Assembly: GCA_013387205.1 (NCBI GenBank)
Contig: WARV01000008.1
Span: forward strand, 128,136 to 192,135
Reading direction: 5' to 3'
DNA: 64,000 nt
From: Patescibacteria group bacterium
GTDB lineage: Bacteria; Patescibacteriota; Doudnabacteria; UBA920
The translations under genes and the position numbers were made by a program. Positions 55,900 to 64,000 of this stretch are shown here, in pieces. How positions within the stretch are numbered: the first letter of the stretch is position 1; each line of letters begins with the position of its first letter. The notes under the pieces are model-generated. The model saw nothing but the letters and a program-made list of their open reading frames with translations. It ran no database searches and was not told the DNA's origin.

Positions 55900-56154
55900 A
55901 TGAAAATCACCAACGAACCAATTCAAGAAAACTCGCCCGTAAAATTCAAGATCTTCGGTTTCCCGGAAGAAACCGCGGTCAGGTCTTCCATTGAAAGATT
56001 TTATGCTTTAAAGCGCGACGCCTTTAAAAGCTTTGAGATTTATAACGAATTCAATGAGCAGATTTTTACAGGGACCGTTGACGACTACGGCAAAATCACT
56101 GTCTTAACTCCAATCAACCGTTCGGGAAAGCCGTACCAGGAAGCAAACGATTAG
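55900..56154 (+). CDS. hypothetical protein
   Basis: 84-aa ORF, no family recognised. Confidence 0.35.
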   Translation: MKITNEPIQENSPVKFKIFGFPEETAVRSSIERFYALKRDAFKSFEIYNEFNEQIFTGTVDDYGKITVLTPINRSGKPYQEAND

Positions 56155-56195
56155 TATAAATTTATAGTTGGTAGTTTATAGTTTGTAGGCGTAGG

Positions 56196-56279
56196 GGCGG
56201 ATACTATCCGCCCTTTTGATTTTACCCTATAAATCTAATCTGACGAACGCCTCAACCGTCGGTTGAGGCGTTCATTCGT
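56196..56279. repeat. GGGCGGATACTATCCGCCC hairpin (copy 2) and GGCTCAACC-family hairpin with compensatory changes
   Basis: gggcggatactatccgccc ; gacgaacgcctcaaccgtcggttgaggcgttcattcgtc. Confidence 0.55.
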
Positions 56280-56306
56280 CCTATACAGGGAAAGGAGGTG
56301 AGGACG

Positions 56307-56591
56307 ATGATTATTGTCAGGGAAGTGTTTATTGCAAAGCCAGGCCAGGCATCAAAACTGGCCAAGCTTTTAAAAGAAGTAATGGGGCAGAGCCCTAAAT
56401 ATAAAACAACAATCATGACTGACTTAACAGGCAGGTTCAATAAGGTGGTTACGGAAACCGAACTGGAAAACCTGTCCGCTGTGGAAACCCGCTATAAAGA
56501 ATACGCGCAAAACGCGGATATGCGGGACAAAATGAAAGGCTATATTGATATGTATTTAACCGGTAAAAGGGAAATATACCAAGTTGTTTAA
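56307..56591 (+). CDS. hypothetical protein
   Basis: SD aggaggtgagg before ATG 56307; 94 aa. Confidence 0.45.
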   Translation: MIIVREVFIAKPGQASKLAKLLKEVMGQSPKYKTTIMTDLTGRFNKVVTETELENLSAVETRYKEYAQNADMRDKMKGYIDMYLTGKREIYQVV

Positions 56592-56602
56592 AATACGCAT
56601 TT

Positions 56603-56650
56603 AGTCCCAAATTTCCACATTTGTGGAAATTTGGGACTATTTTGTTTTTG
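56603..56650. terminator. bidirectional terminator (17-bp perfect stem)
   Basis: agtcccaaatttccacatttgtggaaatttgggact + attttgtttttg. Confidence 0.75.
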
Positions 56651-56672
56651 TTCTAAAATGATATTTAATTGA

Positions 56673-58430
56673 TTACCGGTTGCGGTTTTTAACCGTCCTT
56701 GTTTGTAAAAAATTCTTTAACTCATTGGCGCTAAGCGGCTTGCTTATGCTGTAACCCTGCATTTCATGGCAGCCCAGGCTGGAAAGCAGGTCCATTTGCG
56801 TTTTTGTATCAACGCCTTCGGCTATTACTTTCAGCTTCAAATTCTCGGCAATGGAAATTATGGCTTTGATTATATTTTTATCCCGCTTGCCTGCCAAGCT
56901 TTGCTGCACGAAACTTTTGTCTATTTTCAATTTCTGGATAGGAAATTGCTTTAAGTAATTCAGTGAAGAAAACCCCATCCCGAAATCGTCCATGATAATG
57001 GAAATTCCGCGATCCCGCAAATTCAACAGCGCTTCTTTAACCTGCTTTGAATTTTCCATGGCTGAACTTTCGGTTATTTCCAACTCAAAATATTTCGGGT
57101 CAATGTTTTCCTCCGCCAAAATGGAAATAATATCTCCTGCGATATCATCATTAATGAATTGCCGAGCGGAAACATTGACGGCCAAATTCAAAAACATTCC
57201 CTGCCGGTGCAGCGTCCGCAAAAACGCGCAGGATTTTTTCAATGCCTTCCTCCCCAGCGGCACAATTAGCCCGACATCTTCCGCAATAGGCACGAAGTCT
57301 TCGGGTAAAAGTATGCCTAACCGAGGATGTCTCCAGCGTAAAAGCGCTTCAATAGAAACAAAATTCCCGGTTTTAGCGTTAATAATAGGCTGGAAGAAAA
57401 CCTCAAATTCATCCCTCAAAAGCGCGCTCTTAATGTCATTTTGCAAATTTCTGCGGCTTAAAGCGCCAGCGCTCATGTTTTGGCCGAATAATTCATAGCG
57501 GTTACGGCCCATTTCTTTGGCCCCGTAAAGCGCCATATCCGCGCTTTTCAGCAAAGTACGGATATCCTTGCCGTCATTCGGAAAAACCGCAATCCCTGCG
57601 CTGGCTGTAACACGGAAAACGTTATCGTCAATTTTAATTACCGGATCTAAAGCAGCGAAATAATCTTTCACGGATTGGACCATGTCAAAAGCGGAACCAA
57701 TACCATCTTTCAGTACGATAAATTCGTCGCCGCCCCATCTGGCTAAAAATTCATTCTCGTGTTCCTGCCTCAAAAGCCTGCTGCCGACTTCTTTTAAAAC
57801 AACATCGCCAACCTGGTGGCCTAAAGTATCATTAATATCCTTTAGCCGGTCTATGTCAATGAAACAAATGGCAATTTTCTTCCCTGACCTTTTTGCTTTC
57901 CGGAATACTTTATAAAAATGGTCGTCAAAATGCTTACGATTAGGAAGGTTTGTCAAAGGATCATGGAAAGCCTGGTGATGCATCTGCTCTTCGGCCTGCT
58001 TGCGTCTGGTAATTTCTATCGCCACAATGCCGACGCCTAAAAGTTTTTTATTTTTACCGTAGACCGGATAATAACTTTTCAGCCAATGCCTTTTGGTGCT
58101 TGGCGCTGCCCGGGTCTTCCCGGTCATTTCAAAATCCAAAACCGGCTTGCCGGTCTTTATAACCTGGTCGACAATCTGACTGGAAACACTGGCGATATCC
58201 AGAAGCAGCTTGTCAGCAGGTTTTCCGATAATTTCACCTGCGGGCATGCCATAAATTTCCGCCATCACCCCGTTTACTTTTAAAAACCTGCGCTTTACAT
58301 CAATTAATGCAAAACCAATGGACGCTTTTGAAAGGAGAGTATTTAAGATTTCAGCTTCTTTTTGGCTCAAAAACAGTACGTTTTTCGCGCCGGTTTTACT
58401 GCTTTTTGCCTTTAAACGGTTAGTCGTCAT
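56673..58430 (-). CDS. PAS-domain c-di-GMP signalling protein with GGDEF and EAL domains
   Basis: GGDEF (RWGGDEFIVL), EAL (FQPIINAKTGNFVSIEALLRW), N-terminal PAS-like sensor region. Confidence 0.85.
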   Translation of the reverse strand: MTTNRLKAKSSKTGAKNVLFLSQKEAEILNTLLSKASIGFALIDVKRRFLKVNGVMAEIYGMPAGEIIGKPADKLLLDIASVSSQIVDQVIKTGKPVLDFEMTGKTRAAPSTKRHWLKSYYPVYGKNKKLLGVGIVAIEITRRKQAEEQMHHQAFHDPLTNLPNRKHFDDHFYKVFRKAKRSGKKIAICFIDIDRLKDINDTLGHQVGDVVLKEVGSRLLRQEHENEFLARWGGDEFIVLKDGIGSAFDMVQSVKDYFAALDPVIKIDDNVFRVTASAGIAVFPNDGKDIRTLLKSADMALYGAKEMGRNRYELFGQNMSAGALSRRNLQNDIKSALLRDEFEVFFQPIINAKTGNFVSIEALLRWRHPRLGILLPEDFVPIAEDVGLIVPLGRKALKKSCAFLRTLHRQGMFLNLAVNVSARQFINDDIAGDIISILAEENIDPKYFELEITESSAMENSKQVKEALLNLRDRGISIIMDDFGMGFSSLNYLKQFPIQKLKIDKSFVQQSLAGKRDKNIIKAIISIAENLKLKVIAEGVDTKTQMDLLSSLGCHEMQGYSISKPLSANELKNFLQTRTVKNRNR

Positions 58431-58703
58431 AAATTAGAATTAATACAAAAAGTTCAATCAGTGATAAATTCCTGCTTATTTATAATGACTTTATTCTTGC
58501 CATTTTCTTAATTTTTATGTTATTATTAAGTTTTTTTACGTTAAAACTCCTCATTTTTAAAAGATTATTCATATTTTAATGCTTAAAATTGCTATAATTT
58601 TCTTATAGGCGTTGTTTGTGTGACGAAACTGTGGGATAATAGAATTAGCACGGTATTTCGGGGGCTTGAAGTAAACACATACCGTAAAAAAGGAGGACAA
58701 CTT

Positions 58704-58787
58704 ATGAGGCGCCCAGATCCGTTGTTTTTGGATCTCGTCTCTCCATTCATCCTAACCAATAAACTATTTGGAGGTTTTTGTGGGTAA
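58704..58787 (+). CDS. 27-codon upstream ORF with strong SD (possible leader peptide)
   Basis: aaaaaggaggacaactt ATG; MRRPDPLFLDLVSPFILTNKLFGGFCG. Confidence 0.2.
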   Translation: MRRPDPLFLDLVSPFILTNKLFGGFCG

Positions 58788-58794
58788 CCCCAAA

Positions 58795-59550
58795 ATGGTT
58801 CTCAATTTGCAACTTGGTTTGGATATTGCTCAAATACTCCGCAGCAACATCAACCCATCGGAAAGGAAACACTGGGACAAAAAGATCAGAGAGGGGATAA
58901 TCCCCACCGAAGCCACTGGCCAAAAGATCGACCCGGACGCCCATCAACATGAAGTGCAGCGTCGGACAACGTTTGAGGTTCGCAAGGTAACAGAGGTTTT
59001 GGCTTTTTGCCAAGATCTGCAGCACAAGTTGGTCCACTACATTGGGATTGGGACTGCGGATGCGTTGCCCGGGGTTTTGAATGCCGTAAACAAGAGGGGA
59101 GCAGACCTGATTGCGTATGACATTAGCAGAGTTGGCTACGAAAACGGCCAAAAAGTAATAAACAGCATAGACAGTTTTTGCACCAATCTCTGCTATCAGG
59201 CAGATATCGAGTTTGTCTGCGATCCAAAGTTTATCGACCCTGACTGCTCCGCGCTTTTGATTGTACCCAGGGTTCTGGACGTATTGGACAACGTATCGGG
59301 AGATAAGCACAAAATGGAGAGAACGGCCAAGCGGCTAGGTCGCCTGCTCGAATTTTTGCAAGGAGTTCTGCTGATTCACCCATGTCCGGAAGGAAACGAG
59401 CATGCTGTTTTCCGCGATACCACTCTCTATTCGCTCGAACAAGTTCTCGACTACATGGAACAGGGGCTTGGCAGTAAACTGCGCCTCAGCCGGCTTGGAA
59501 CCGTTGAGTTCTACCGGCACATCTACACTGCGGCGTTCATACGAAAGTAA
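58795..59550 (+). CDS. hypothetical protein, GC-richer (~48%)
   Basis: 251-aa ORF (alt. GTG 58779 / TTG 58768 starts); no family recognised; antisense ORF 58747..59310 judged spurious. Confidence 0.4.
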   Translation: MVLNLQLGLDIAQILRSNINPSERKHWDKKIREGIIPTEATGQKIDPDAHQHEVQRRTTFEVRKVTEVLAFCQDLQHKLVHYIGIGTADALPGVLNAVNKRGADLIAYDISRVGYENGQKVINSIDSFCTNLCYQADIEFVCDPKFIDPDCSALLIVPRVLDVLDNVSGDKHKMERTAKRLGRLLEFLQGVLLIHPCPEGNEHAVFRDTTLYSLEQVLDYMEQGLGSKLRLSRLGTVEFYRHIYTAAFIRK

Positions 59551-59615
59551 ACAGCGCCGAAGTCCTGCAAGGGAGGTTGTGAACCACACTTCCTCCCTCA
59601 TCTTTAAATAATTTT

Positions 59616-61292
59616 ATGGATATAACCAAAAAAATTGGCTTGCTAAACCAAGCAACGCTGGAATCTCTCAAAGACCTTGATAATAACGACGTGATTGAGA
59701 AATTCAATATAATGGCCTTAAAAATTTTAGAGGCTGATTTTGGTTTTACTTTCTGGAAAGAGGAAGGAAATAAATCTTATAAACTGGCCTACAAAAGCCC
59801 TAACACCCCTTACGAACCGCGCCTTCCCAGGAAAAAAGGCTATAATTTCAAAGTGGAAAAAACAAACAAGCCTTACATGGGAAACGTGAAAAAAGAAAAG
59901 CTTCCCGAATACGATTTAACGCCATACATGAAAAGCATCATGATAATTCCTATCTTTTATAAAAGAAGGTACGGGAATTTTGTTTTATGCTATAAAAAAA
60001 AGCATGTTTTCACCAACCAAGAAAAAAGCCTAGCGATTTCCGTCGGAAACGCAGCAGCCCAGGCCATTACCATAAATAGGCTGTTTAAAAACCAAAAAAA
60101 ATTCAATACCAAGCTGGAAAACCTGGTCCAAGATAGGACAGCCGAACTTATAAAAGACAAAGCTAAAGACAAGGCTTTATTGGCGAGCATTGGCGAGGGG
60201 ATAATTGCCACTGATACCGAAGCAAAAATATTTTTGGTCAATTCCCATGCTGAAGAAATTTTCGGCAAAAGCAAAAAGGAGCTGGTTGGCCAGTCGCTTT
60301 TGGACGTACAGCCTTTATTTGAAGAAAACGGGAAAGAAGTCGAGCGGGAAAACCGTCCTACATATAAGTTATTGAAAAGCGGCCTTAAAGCCAAGATTAA
60401 AGTGAAGAATTATTACGTCGTAAGAAAAGACGGGACAAGAATCCCTGTGTCCATTACGGTTTCTCCCATTAAGCATAATGGCAGGCTGGAAGGAGCCATT
60501 GAGGTTATCCATGACATCGTCAAAGAAAAAGAAATGGATAAAGCCAAAAGCGAACTAATTTCCCTGGCAAGCCACCAATTACGCACCCCGCTTTCCGCCA
60601 TCAACTGGTACGCGGAAGTGCTGTTAAAAGAAGAATTGGGGAAACTTAACCCTGAGCAAAAAAGGTATTTGGGGGAAATCAGCAATGCCAACAAGAAAAT
60701 GATTGAACTGGTTTACGACTTTTTGAACGTTTCCAGGATAGAGCTCGGCACTTTCCAGGTTAAATTCAGCGAGTTGGACATAAAAGAAACGGCCGAAGGA
60801 GTAATTAAGGAAGTCATGCCTTTAATCTTGTACAAAAAGATTAAACTGACGGAAAAATACAGGCCGGGCCTTGAAAAATTAATGGCAGACAAAAAAATCT
60901 TAAGGATTATTTTGCAAAACCTGTTGTCCAATGCCGCAAAATATACCCCGAATAAGGGAAAAGTTTCCATGGAAATTTCCTTGAAGCAAAGAGCGAAAAA
61001 TAAAAGCTCTCTTTATATAGAAGTTCGCGACAATGGTTACGGCATCCCCAAAGAGCACCAACAAAAAATATTCACCAAGCTTTTCAGGGCGGACAATGTG
61101 GCCAAGATGGATACGGAAGGCAGCGGACTGGGGCTATATCTGGTCAAATCTTTGGTTGATTTTTGCCAGGGTGAGGTGTGGTTCAAGTCATCGCAAAATA
61201 AAGGGACTACTTTTTTTGTTGACCTGCCTTTCGGCGTCTGGGGAAAACCGGCAAAGGACTTCAAGCCCCAGCAGGAAACCGTTAAAATTTAA
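59616..61292 (+). CDS. sensor histidine kinase with PAS domain
   Basis: HisKA H-box (SHQLRTPLSAINWY), HATPase_c N/G boxes (NLLSNAAKYT, GSGLGLYLVKSL), PAS-like segment. Confidence 0.85.
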   Translation: MDITKKIGLLNQATLESLKDLDNNDVIEKFNIMALKILEADFGFTFWKEEGNKSYKLAYKSPNTPYEPRLPRKKGYNFKVEKTNKPYMGNVKKEKLPEYDLTPYMKSIMIIPIFYKRRYGNFVLCYKKKHVFTNQEKSLAISVGNAAAQAITINRLFKNQKKFNTKLENLVQDRTAELIKDKAKDKALLASIGEGIIATDTEAKIFLVNSHAEEIFGKSKKELVGQSLLDVQPLFEENGKEVERENRPTYKLLKSGLKAKIKVKNYYVVRKDGTRIPVSITVSPIKHNGRLEGAIEVIHDIVKEKEMDKAKSELISLASHQLRTPLSAINWYAEVLLKEELGKLNPEQKRYLGEISNANKKMIELVYDFLNVSRIELGTFQVKFSELDIKETAEGVIKEVMPLILYKKIKLTEKYRPGLEKLMADKKILRIILQNLLSNAAKYTPNKGKVSMEISLKQRAKNKSSLYIEVRDNGYGIPKEHQQKIFTKLFRADNVAKMDTEGSGLGLYLVKSLVDFCQGEVWFKSSQNKGTTFFVDLPFGVWGKPAKDFKPQQETVKI

Positions 61293-61369
61293 ACAAGAAC
61301 CTATACGAAAAATTCTTTTAAATTATTTTTCGCAAAGGTTATAAATAATTATTTTTAAATTAATTTTCC

Positions 61370-61753
61370 ATGAAAGATTCCCAAAAAAAAATCCTTATCG
61401 TGGAAGATGAAAAAACCCTGCTCCTGGTCCTGTCGGAAAAATTCAAAAGGGAGGGGTTTAAAGTCTTCGAGGCAGGAGATGGCGAAGAGGGGCTGGCCAG
61501 CGCCAAAAAAAACAAGCCCCATTTGATAATTTTGGATATTGTCATGCCCAGCATGGACGGACTGACAATGCTAAAAAAGCTTCGGGAAGACAAATGGGGC
61601 AACAGCGTGCCGGTTTTAATCCTAAGCAACCTCAGCGACCCGCAGCAGATTAACGAAGCCACGGGAAGAGGAGCGGTTGAGTATCTGGTAAAAAGCAACT
61701 GGGGACTGGACGACGTCGTGGAAAAAGCAGAACAGACGTTAAATAAAAAATAA
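61370..61753 (+). CDS. stand-alone response-regulator receiver domain protein (CheY-like), paralog of 53306..53722
   Basis: ILIVEDE...D...ILDIVMPSMDG...K; 127 aa. Confidence 0.85.
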   Translation: MKDSQKKILIVEDEKTLLLVLSEKFKREGFKVFEAGDGEEGLASAKKNKPHLIILDIVMPSMDGLTMLKKLREDKWGNSVPVLILSNLSDPQQINEATGRGAVEYLVKSNWGLDDVVEKAEQTLNKK

Positions 61754-61777
61754 TTCACTAATTCCAAAATACAAACT

Positions 61778-61807
61778 GAATCCGCGAAAAATATTTTTCG
61801 CGGATTC
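61778..61807 (+). terminator. rho-independent terminator
   Basis: gaatccgcgaaaaatatttttcgcggattc. Confidence 0.6.
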
Positions 61808-61836
61808 TCACGTAACTGCGTTTTCACTGAACAATT

Positions 61837-63345
61837 ATGAACAAACCACTGCTTCTTGTTATCCTTGACGGCTGGGGCTACCGCGAAGAAATAAAAAACA
61901 ATGCCATTGCCCAGGCTAATATCCCGTATTTTAAATCGCTGTGGGAAAACTATCCCCACAGCCTTTTAAGAGCATCTGGTTCCGCAGTCGGCTTGCCAGA
62001 CGGGCAAATGGGCAATAGCGAAGTCGGACATACTATTATAGGCGCCGGAAAAATCATTTACACTGACCTTGCAAGGATAAACAAAGCCATAGAAGAAAAC
62101 CAGTTCGAAAACAATGAAGCGTTCAAGAAACTTTTTGACCATGTCAAAAAGCACAACTCGACGCTTCATGTAAAAGGACTGGCCAGCGACGGGGGAGTAC
62201 ACAGCCATTTAGACCACTTGTACGCGTTTATAAAAGCCGCTGAAAAAGCCGGGATAAGCAAAATCGCCATACATGCCTTCACTGACGGGCGTGACACGCC
62301 TCCGCAAAGCTCCCACCAATACCTGGTTGAGCTTGAAAAAATTTTGGAAGAAGCGGGAATAGGGCAAATCGCCACGGTTACGGGCAGGTTTTATGCCATG
62401 GACCGCGATAATAACTGGCATCGCACTGACAAAGCCGAACAAGCTATATTCAAAGCCCAAGGGAAAACTTTTGGGAGCGAAAAACCGTCTGTAGTGGTCA
62501 AAAAATTATACGAAGAAGGCTTGACCGACGAATTACTGGAACCGATTGTCTTTTTGGACGAAACCGGCAACAGCTGGGTAATCTCAAAAAACGACGGGGT
62601 ATTTTTCTTTAATTTCCGGCCCGACCGCGCCAAACAGATTTCTAAAAAAATTCTGGAAAAGAAAGATGAACTGAACCTGTGTTTTGCCACCTTAACCCAG
62701 TACGATAAAGATTTTGATTGTTTAGTTGCTTTTCCGCCTATTCCCGCTACCGCCACGCTAGCCGGCGAGCTGGACAAAGCCGGACTCAAGCAAGCCCATG
62801 TTGCGGAAACGGAAAAATTCGCCCACGTCACTTATTTTTTTAATGGCGGCAAAAAGGACGAACACTTAAACGAAAAACATATATTAATCAACAGCCGGAA
62901 AGACATTGAGACGCACGACCAATCGCCGAAAATGATGGCCAAAGAAGTGGCTGACGAGACAATAAAGGCAATCGCCCAAGGCTGCGACTTTATCCTGGTT
63001 AACTTTGCCAACGCGGACATGGTTGGCCACACCGCCAATTCCGCTGCGATAATTGAAGCGGTGGAAGAAGTGGATGTACAACTCAAAAGGATTACGGAGT
63101 TTCTGCAAGAAAAAGGAGGCACCGCGATAGTAACCGCAGACCACGGCAATGCCGAAGTTAATATAGATAAAAACGGATTGCCGCACACTGCCCATACCAC
63201 CAATCCAGTCCCGTTTATCATAACAAAAAAAGGGCTTAAGCTTAATGACGGAAGCCTGGCGGATATCGCCCCGACCATCATGGATTTATTGCAATTGGAT
63301 AAGCCTTTGGGTATGACCGGGAACAGCTTGATTAAACACTCTTAG
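61837..63345 (+). CDS. gpmI: 2,3-bisphosphoglycerate-independent phosphoglycerate mutase
   Basis: LVILDGWGYRE, Ser-phosphorylation site region SGSAVGLPDGQMGNSEVGH, Mn-binding motifs; 502 aa. Confidence 0.95.
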   Translation: MNKPLLLVILDGWGYREEIKNNAIAQANIPYFKSLWENYPHSLLRASGSAVGLPDGQMGNSEVGHTIIGAGKIIYTDLARINKAIEENQFENNEAFKKLFDHVKKHNSTLHVKGLASDGGVHSHLDHLYAFIKAAEKAGISKIAIHAFTDGRDTPPQSSHQYLVELEKILEEAGIGQIATVTGRFYAMDRDNNWHRTDKAEQAIFKAQGKTFGSEKPSVVVKKLYEEGLTDELLEPIVFLDETGNSWVISKNDGVFFFNFRPDRAKQISKKILEKKDELNLCFATLTQYDKDFDCLVAFPPIPATATLAGELDKAGLKQAHVAETEKFAHVTYFFNGGKKDEHLNEKHILINSRKDIETHDQSPKMMAKEVADETIKAIAQGCDFILVNFANADMVGHTANSAAIIEAVEEVDVQLKRITEFLQEKGGTAIVTADHGNAEVNIDKNGLPHTAHTTNPVPFIITKKGLKLNDGSLADIAPTIMDLLQLDKPLGMTGNSLIKHS

Positions 63346-63371
63346 TAAAATATTCCGTCATATTAAATATT

Positions 63372-64000
63372 ATGGACCAAGAACTTAAAGACCAAAAAGA
63401 CACAGAAGAAGAAGCCGCAAAAAGCGACAAAAAAAGTTTTGTGGCAAGATTGATATTGGCAGTCCTGGTTCTATTGATTATTGGCGGGACAGTATATTTG
63501 ATATACAACAGGAAACCAGCTAACAACACTTCCAACGAAACGGCAGACAGCATAAGGAACGCGTTCCAAACTCCTCCCGGCAACCAAAATTCCAATCCCT
63601 CAGGAGCCGCGACGTTTACCCCTCCAAATCCTACCGTGGCTACGCCAACCCCTCCGCAAATTTCACAACCAACGAACCCGCAACCAAGCACGCGCCAAAA
63701 CACCGCCCAGCCGAGAGGTTCAAGCCCGTCTTCAGGAATAGCACAAAGCAAGCCCAAACCAAGCACAAGCGTTCCAAGAACAACTACTCCGGCTGTTCCC
63801 GTGGTATACAGCGACCAAACCCGCAATTTCCAATTGAGGCTGCCTGCTAACTGGGCAATCGGCAGCAACCCAAACCCGGATGTCATTACGGTCTTTAACC
63901 GCCAAACCGGACAAATGATAGGATATGTAGAAATTTATAACAACAGCGGCGAGACGCTCGGTAGCTTGTCAGAAATTTTCCAGGGCAGCCCATCCGTAAC
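63372..64000 (+). CDS. hypothetical membrane-anchored Pro/Thr/Gln-rich extracellular protein (3' end beyond window)
   Basis: ATG 63372; TM LILAVLVLLIIGGTVYLIY; low-complexity linker then folded domain; open to window edge; antisense track ORF 63332..63886 judged shadow. Confidence 0.5.
   Translation, partial: MDQELKDQKDTEEEAAKSDKKSFVARLILAVLVLLIIGGTVYLIYNRKPANNTSNETADSIRNAFQTPPGNQNSNPSGAATFTPPNPTVATPTPPQISQPTNPQPSTRQNTAQPRGSSPSSGIAQSKPKPSTSVPRTTTPAVPVVYSDQTRNFQLRLPANWAIGSNPNPDVITVFNRQTGQMIGYVEIYNNSGETLGSLSEIFQGSPSV

Noticed and set aside
58747-59310. Minus-strand ORF 58747..59310
   Set aside because: It is antisense to the longer plus-strand ORF, which has an upstream -10 box, SD-led uORF and a terminator after its stop. 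The minus ORF would start inside the GGDEF-EAL gene's promoter region with no SD.
63332-63886. Track ORF 63332..63886 on the minus strand (184 aa)
   Set aside because: The opposite strand carries an ATG-initiated ORF from 63372 with a TM helix and a coherent Pro/Thr-rich then folded-domain architecture, open to the window edge. The minus-strand ORF is its antisense shadow.

Overview
AT-rich (~38-40% GC) bacterial chromosomal segment, standard genetic code (TGA is used as a stop). The gene content and style suggest a small-genome Patescibacteria/CPR-like organism, but this is inferred, not searched.

Core content is housekeeping: pheT (3' fragment), gyrB, greA, lysS, rdgB, a NUDIX hydrolase, serS, an FtsQ-like protein, archaeal-type pyrH, rplU, recR, dnaB, dus, cysS, a CPA2 antiporter, two tandem adk-like genes, map, thrS, dnaE, ftsW/rodA, rplY, a polysaccharide deacetylase, prmC, prfA, rpmE, rpsB, tsf, ahcY, rpmG, gpmI. 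There is a cell-envelope glycosylation cluster (two PMT/ArnT-like GT39 proteins, a processive GT2 and a GT4 WecA/MraY-like protein). A signalling cluster holds a PAS-GGDEF-EAL protein, a PAS histidine kinase and two paralogous stand-alone receiver proteins. Four tRNAs are present: Thr-GGU, Tyr-GUA, Thr-UGU and Trp-CCA.

Most unusual features:
1. Four single-gene mini-elements, each carrying a different small nuclease-fold gene and bounded by repeats or a tRNA: DUF559 between ~113-bp structured direct repeats; a GxxExxY gene between 33-bp terminal inverted repeats; a GIY-YIG gene between 17-bp terminal inverted repeats; and an HTH plus degenerate LAGLIDADG-like ORF wedged between rpmG and tRNA-Trp, overlapping the tRNA 5' end.
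2. A modular palindromic repeat family (GTCATTGCGAG... / GTCATYCTGAGTGCANCCGAAGRATCTC) with five intergenic copies, plus an in-frame copy inside prmC and another inside dus (RPE-like).
3. A ~650-nt GC-rich (~60%) non-coding transcription unit with a consensus sigma70 promoter, a Shine-Dalgarno-led 29-codon ORF and a terminator.
4. A promoter/SD/terminator-equipped 35-aa hydrophobic peptide gene that looks like a type I toxin.
5. Several further hairpin and MITE-like repeat families showing compensatory base changes, and a tRNA-bounded GC-richer islet with a 19-bp duplication of the tRNA-Tyr 3' end.

No rRNA genes or CRISPR arrays were seen.
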